A stretch of DNA of 64,000 bases, taken from the NCBI GenBank assembly GCA_021734255.1, contig JAIPJM010000004.1, forward strand, positions 65,345 through 129,344, in the 5' to 3' direction. This DNA is from Fidelibacterota bacterium (lineage in GTDB: Bacteria; Fidelibacterota; UBA8477; JABMPR01). Made by a program: the position numbers and the translations under genes. Within the stretch, counting starts at the first letter, position 1. Each line of letters starts with the position of its first letter. A model generated the notes under the pieces. That model was not told the origin of the DNA and searched no databases. It saw only the letters and a list, made by a program, of their open reading frames with translations. Shown here piece by piece: positions 59,506-64,000 of the stretch.

Positions 59506-60510
59506 TTGAGCAAAATATTAGTAACAGGAGCCGCTGGATTTATTGGATTTCATTTATCTAAAAGACTGATGAATGATGGTCATGAGATCTGGGGTATCGA
59601 TAATCTGAATGACTACTATGATCCAGGCTTAAAAAAAGCCCGCCTGGCAGAAATAGATGACTCAGGCTTTCAGTTTCACCGATTCGATCTTCAGGACCAT
59701 GGGCGAGTCCAGCAGCTTTTCGCTGAGTTTAAGCCGGAGATCGTGATCCACCTGGCGGCTCAGGCCGGTGTGCGTTACTCCCTGGAGAACCCCCGCTCCT
59801 ATATCGAATCCAACCTGGATGGATTTTTCAACATCCTGGAAGCCAGCAAACAGAATGGTGTGGAGACCTTTCTGTATGCCTCTTCCAGCTCCGTCTATGG
59901 CAATAGTGAGGACACGCCCTTTTCAACCGAAGATCGGGTTGACTATCCAGTTTCGCTGTATGCTGCTACTAAAAAATCCAACGAGCTCATCGCTCATACC
60001 TACAGCCATCTCTATAATATGACGACGGTTGGTTTGCGCTTTTTTACCGTGTATGGTCCCTGGGGCCGTCCCGATATGGCTTATTATTTCTTTACCAAAG
60101 CTATTTTGGAGGGGAAACCCATCAAGCTGTTCAATCAGGGGAAGAACCTGCGGGATTATACCTATATCGATGATATTATCGAGAGTATCAAGCGTATCCT
60201 GGATAACCGAGCAGCATTGGAAGCAGGTGGTGCTTCAGCATCCCTTGCAGAACAGCGCAGTCCCTATTATCATGTATTCAATATTGGTGGTGATCGTTCC
60301 GTCTCTGTCCTCGACTTTGTAAAAACACTGGAAGGCCATATAGGCAAAGCAGCCAGAACCGAACTGGTCGAGTTCCAGCCCGGTGACGTATTCAAGACCC
60401 AGGCGGACACAAGCGCTCTCCAGAAATTCACTGATTTTAAACCTCGCATCGCACTAGACGAAGGATTAGCTCATTTTGTGCAATGGTACAGAGACTATCA
60501 TGGGAAGTGA
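59506..60510 (+). CDS. NAD-dependent epimerase, UDP-glucuronate 4-epimerase-like.
   Basis: MSKILVTGAAGFIGFHLSKRL...IWGIDNLNDYYDPGLKKARL and the YxxxK SDR active site (YAATKKSNE). Confidence 0.8.
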   Translation: MSKILVTGAAGFIGFHLSKRLMNDGHEIWGIDNLNDYYDPGLKKARLAEIDDSGFQFHRFDLQDHGRVQQLFAEFKPEIVIHLAAQAGVRYSLENPRSYIESNLDGFFNILEASKQNGVETFLYASSSSVYGNSEDTPFSTEDRVDYPVSLYAATKKSNELIAHTYSHLYNMTTVGLRFFTVYGPWGRPDMAYYFFTKAILEGKPIKLFNQGKNLRDYTYIDDIIESIKRILDNRAALEAGGASASLAEQRSPYYHVFNIGGDRSVSVLDFVKTLEGHIGKAARTELVEFQPGDVFKTQADTSALQKFTDFKPRIALDEGLAHFVQWYRDYHGK

Positions 60511-60580
60511 ATTCCGGAGAATGTCGCCCAGTATTGATTAGTAGCTCATATGAAACAAATACAAACAATGATGTGAGGGT

Positions 60581-60953
60581 GACACAATTTCGAGCCCCGC
60601 ATTATGCGGGGCGAGAAAACCCAAAACTATGACAAAGCAGCGACGTTATTTTACATACATCCTCTCGAACAGAAACCGACGCCTGTATGTGGGCATGACA
60701 AATGACCTTAATAGAAGATTGAAAGAGCACAGAATCGGCAAAAAGGGATTTGCGGCTGCCTACAGAATGACTCAACTCGTGTACTTTGAAATTTTTCCAG
60801 GTCCTTTTCAAGCAATGAGGCGTGAATCTGAGATCAAAAAGTGGCGCCGGGAGAAAAAGATTGCATTGATCGAGTCAGTGAACCCACATTGGGAGGATTT
60901 GGAAATTGGCGATGGTTCTGGGATTTCTCCCCCGCAACTGGCGGGGTCGAAAT
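60581..60953 (+). mobile_element. GIY-YIG mini-element copy B (short form without the long leader).
   Basis: 5' acacaatttcgagccccgcattatgcggggcgagaaaacccaaaactatgacaaag. 3' gggatttctcccccgcaactggcggggtcgaaatc. Confidence 0.55.
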
Positions 60954-60988
60954 CACATCAGTCAAATTTTGAAACAGAGGTAAAGTAA
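60629..60988 (+). CDS. GIY-YIG nuclease superfamily small protein (paralog 2).
   Basis: YFTYILSNRNRRLYVGMTNDLNRRLKEHR. About 65% identical to paralog 1. Confidence 0.8.
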   Translation: MTKQRRYFTYILSNRNRRLYVGMTNDLNRRLKEHRIGKKGFAAAYRMTQLVYFEIFPGPFQAMRRESEIKKWRREKKIALIESVNPHWEDLEIGDGSGISPPQLAGSKSHQSNFETEVK

Positions 60989-62049
60989 TGGCAAAAAAAA
61001 TAATAGTCACCGGCGGTGCCGGCTTCATCGGAAGCAACTTCATTCTCAAGCAGATCAATGAAACAGCGAACGAGATCTTGAATCTAGATAAATTAACCTA
61101 CGCCGGGAATCTGGATAACCTCGCTTCTGTTGCGGATCATGCCCGCTATCAATTTGTGGAAGGCGATATTACCGACAAAGAGCTGGTTCAGAGTCTGGTT
61201 CAGGGTTTTCAACCCGATGGTATCGTCCATTTTGCAGCCGAGTCCCACGTGGACCGCTCCATTGATGGACCCATGCCTTTCATCATGACCAATGTGGTGG
61301 GAACGGCCAATTTACTGGATGTGACCTACCGCTACTGGAAAGATCTGGAAGTAGCTCGCAAAGCAGATTTCCGCTTCCTGCATGTCTCCACAGATGAGGT
61401 CTTCGGGTCCCTGGGAATGGATGATGTGTTTAAAATTGATACGCCTTACGACCCCAGCTCACCCTATTCAGCCTCAAAGGCTGGCTCCGATCATCTGGTC
61501 CGAGCCTGGGGGCGCACCTTTGATTTCCCGGTGCTTATCACCAACTGCACCAACAACTACGGTCCCTTTCAATTTCCTGAAAAGCTGATCCCGCTGGTGA
61601 CCATCAACGCCCTGGCAGGCAAAGAACTGCCCATCTACGGAACCGGTGAGAATATCAGGGACTGGCTCCATGTGGAAGATCACTGTGATGCCATCTATTC
61701 GGTTTTCAGGGATGGTAAGGTGGGGGACACCTACCTGGTCGGTGGTGAAGAAGAAGTCACCAATTTGCGGGTGGTCCAAACCATCTGTGATGTGCTGGAT
61801 GAGATCAGACCCACTGCCTCGGGAAAAAGTTACCGGGAGCAGATCACCTTTGTGGCTGATAGACCGGGCCATGACCTGCGGTATGCCATGGACATCAGCA
61901 AGATCCGAGATGAACTTGGCTGGCGTCCCAGTAAGGATTTTGCGGCTGGTTTAAAGCACACCATTGAATGGTACCTGGCCAACGAGCCTTGGTGGCGGAA
62001 GCTGCAGGAAAAGAAGATCTATGAGCAACAAAGGCTAGGTACTAAATAG
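60988..62049 (+). CDS. rfbB: dTDP-glucose 4,6-dehydratase.
   Basis: MAKKIIVTGGAGFIGSNFI..., YASTDEVFGS, YSASKAGSDHLV (YxxxK). Typical RmlB length. Confidence 0.9.
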   Translation: MAKKIIVTGGAGFIGSNFILKQINETANEILNLDKLTYAGNLDNLASVADHARYQFVEGDITDKELVQSLVQGFQPDGIVHFAAESHVDRSIDGPMPFIMTNVVGTANLLDVTYRYWKDLEVARKADFRFLHVSTDEVFGSLGMDDVFKIDTPYDPSSPYSASKAGSDHLVRAWGRTFDFPVLITNCTNNYGPFQFPEKLIPLVTINALAGKELPIYGTGENIRDWLHVEDHCDAIYSVFRDGKVGDTYLVGGEEEVTNLRVVQTICDVLDEIRPTASGKSYREQITFVADRPGHDLRYAMDISKIRDELGWRPSKDFAAGLKHTIEWYLANEPWWRKLQEKKIYEQQRLGTK

Positions 62050-62107
62050 TAGTAATTGACAGGGTGGCTGCCCATAAGGGAATTGTGCAAAGCAAGAATC
62101 AGGATTG

Positions 62108-62280
62108 ACACTATTTCGAGCCCTGCAAGACGCAGGGGCGAGAAAACCCAGAATTATAGCAAAGCATAACACAGCGATCACATACATGAATCGAGTCAAA
62201 GCAGCTAAATCAGGGACAGCACGAAACGAGCAATTACTTTGAGATTTCTCCCCCGCAACTGGCGGGGTCGAAATTAGATT
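62108..62280 (+). mobile_element. Miniature ORF-less derivative of the GIY-YIG element (copy C).
   Basis: Retains a diverged 5' motif (cactatttcgagccctgcaagacgcaggggcgagaaaacccagaattatagcaaag) and an intact 3' motif (gagatttctcccccgcaactggcggggtcgaaatt). Only ~80 bp of non-coding sequence lies between them. Confidence 0.5.
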
Positions 62281-62352
62281 ATTACGGCTTTGAAATTGGC
62301 TACCTTGTTGGCATGAACTTATGAATACTGAACATGAAATTGGGAGATTAAA

Positions 62353-63135
62353 ATGAAGGGCATCATACTAGCAGGCGGTTCAGGAACACGTCTACACCCC
62401 CTGACCAGAGTGGTTTCTAAACAGCTGCTCCCCATCTACAATAAACCGATGATCTACTATCCCTTGTCCACCTTACTGTATGCCGGGATCACAGAGATTC
62501 TGATCATCTCAACGCCAACGGACCTGCCACGCTTTGAGGATCTGTTGGGTGATGGCAGCAAAATTGGCGCAAAACTGTCCTATAAGGTTCAACCCAGTCC
62601 CGATGGCCTGGCTCAGGCCTTTATTCTGGGTGAAGAATTTATAGGGGATGATGATGTCTGCCTTATTCTCGGTGATAATATCTTTTTTGGGCACGGTCTG
62701 ATCCGTATGCTGAAAGAAAGCACGCAGATCGTGGAGGAGCAAAAGGAAGCCGTTGTCTTTGGTTATCACGTGGAAGATCCCCAGCGCTACGGTGTGGTCG
62801 ATTTTGATGAGAATGGAATGGCCCTGTCCATTGAGGAGAAACCGGAGCAGCCAAAAAGTAAATATGCTGTGGTCGGCCTGTATTTTTATCCCAATTCCGT
62901 CGTGGATGTAGCGAAAAAGTTAAAGCCATCTCCTCGTGGTGAGTTGGAGATCACCGATGTAAATAAGATTTACCTGAACCAGAAATCCTTGAATGTGCAG
63001 ATCATGCGCCGGGGCTTCGCCTGGCTGGATACGGGCACTTTTGACTCATTATTGGAAGCGTCCCAGTTCGTCCAGACCCTGGAAAAACGCCAGGGGCTCC
63101 AGATCGCTGACATTGAGAATATCCTAGAAGATTAA
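62353..63135 (+). CDS. rfbA: Glucose-1-phosphate thymidylyltransferase.
   Basis: [38 protein letters not shown] and downstream RmlA blocks. 260 aa, slightly short at the C-terminus. Confidence 0.9.
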   Translation: MKGIILAGGSGTRLHPLTRVVSKQLLPIYNKPMIYYPLSTLLYAGITEILIISTPTDLPRFEDLLGDGSKIGAKLSYKVQPSPDGLAQAFILGEEFIGDDDVCLILGDNIFFGHGLIRMLKESTQIVEEQKEAVVFGYHVEDPQRYGVVDFDENGMALSIEEKPEQPKSKYAVVGLYFYPNSVVDVAKKLKPSPRGELEITDVNKIYLNQKSLNVQIMRRGFAWLDTGTFDSLLEASQFVQTLEKRQGLQIADIENILED

Positions 63136-63137
63136 TA

Positions 63138-63627
63138 CCCCCTCGCAACGGCGCCCGCCTGCGTATAACTCTGTGCGGGCAGGCAGAGGCGCAAGAGTGT
63201 CAAGTAATATTGGATTGATAGGAGATAATCGCAAAAAAGAGCTACTGATAACACAATTTCGAGCCCCGCATTATGCGAGGCGAGAAAACCCAATACCATG
63301 ACAAGTCAGCGAACTTATTTTACATACATCCTCTCGAACAAAAATCGACGCCTATATGTTGGCATGACCAACGACATGAACAGAAGATTGACAGAGCACA
63401 GGACTGACAAAAAAGGGTTTGCCGCTGCCTACAAGATGACCAAACTGGTATACTACGAAACGTTTCCAAGTCCGAATGGTGCCTTGAGGAGAGAGTCTGA
63501 GATAAAGAAGTGGCGAAGAGAGAAAAAGATTACATTGATCGAGTCTGTAAACCCGAATTGGGAAGAGTTAGTGGTTGAGGACGGTAGCGGGATTTCTCCC
63601 CCGCCACTGGCGGGGTCGAAATTAAGT
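63138..63627 (+). mobile_element. GIY-YIG mini-element copy D (long form, like copy A).
   Basis: Leader ccctcgcaacggcgcccgcctgcgtataactctgtgcgggcaggc...acacaatttcgagccccgcattatgcgaggcgagaaaacccaataccatgacaag. 3' gggatttctcccccgccactggcggggtcgaaatt. Confidence 0.55.
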
Positions 63628-63639
63628 AATGAGAATTAG
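63298..63639 (+). CDS. GIY-YIG nuclease superfamily small protein (paralog 3).
   Basis: YFTYILSNKNRRLYVGMTNDMNRRLTEHR and a conserved C-terminal GISPPPLAGSK. Confidence 0.8.
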   Translation: MTSQRTYFTYILSNKNRRLYVGMTNDMNRRLTEHRTDKKGFAAAYKMTKLVYYETFPSPNGALRRESEIKKWRREKKITLIESVNPNWEELVVEDGSGISPPPLAGSKLSNEN

Positions 63640-63649
63640 GAAACCATCC

Positions 63650-64000
63650 AATGAAATTTAAAGTCACCCCGCAATCCATTCCAGATGTCCTGCTCATCGA
63701 GCCCACAGTGTTTGAAGATGAGCGTGGATACTTCAAGGAATGCTATCAGCAACAAGATTTTGAAACCTTCCTCCCCGGTGTGCGCTTTGTGCAGGAAAAT
63801 GAATCAAAGTCCTCAAAAGGCGTCCTGCGCGGTTTACATTTTCAAAAAGAGCCTCACGGTCAAGCCAAGCTTATTCGCGTGGTTCAAGGAAAGATTTGGG
63901 ATGTGGCGGTAGATATACGCCGAGATTCACCTACTTTTAAATCGTTTGTTGGTGTAGAACTATCGGCTGAGAACCATGCGCAGTTATTTATTCCTAAAGG
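63650..64000 (+). CDS. rfbC: dTDP-4-dehydrorhamnose 3,5-epimerase, 3'-truncated by the window end.
   Basis: ATG at 63650. MKFKVTPQSIPDVLLIEPTVFEDERGYFKECYQ...LRGLHFQKEPHGQAKLIRVVQGKIWDVAVDIR matches RmlC. Not in the ORF track because no stop occurs within the window. Confidence 0.8.

Overview
This 64 kb window is probably from an uncultured FCB-superphylum-like bacterium, judging by T9SS C-terminal sorting domains on secreted enzymes, Fis/sigma-54 regulators and roughly 47% GC. Three blocks are visible. (1) 1-27.2 kb: a two-component pair (histidine kinase plus sigma-54 NtrC-type regulator) followed by a beta-glucan utilization locus. It encodes two Na+/solute symporters, a TonB-dependent receptor, a 1172-aa secreted protein of unknown function and a PorQ/PorV-like outer-membrane beta-barrel. 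It also encodes two GH16, one GH5, one GH9 and one GH94 glycoside phosphorylase, most with T9SS CTDs. (2) 28.4-42.6 kb: a complete type IV pilus / T2SS-like machine. Its parts are a pilin-like protein, PilC, a PilB/MshE ATPase with an MshEN c-di-GMP motif, two minor-pilin-like proteins, a cNMP-binding protein, PilT, a PilM-PilN fusion and a PilO-PilP-like fusion that both carry LysM repeats, a short secretin, a lipoprotein and a divergent PilX-like gene. PilD, a CheY-like regulator and an Hpt protein lie at 48.9-50.4 kb. The pilin-like proteins all begin MG followed by a hydrophobic segment and lack the canonical G/FTLIE prepilin signature. (3) 55.8-64 kb: an O-antigen/nucleotide-sugar cluster (DegT aminotransferase, WbpB/WbpD-like fusion, UDP-GlcA epimerase, rfbB, rfbA, rfbC). 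The intergenic gaps between four consecutive gene pairs are occupied by three paralogous GIY-YIG mini-elements plus one ORF-less miniature copy, all sharing conserved hairpin-bearing termini. A four-helix-bundle 'IVS' gene nearby is flanked by a perfect 13-bp inverted repeat. Between blocks there is a Bcp-type peroxiredoxin whose peroxidatic Cys codon is an in-frame TGA (candidate selenoprotein), two paralogous TPR plus double-HTH regulators, and a large GH13-containing protein. No rRNA, tRNA or CRISPR was identified.
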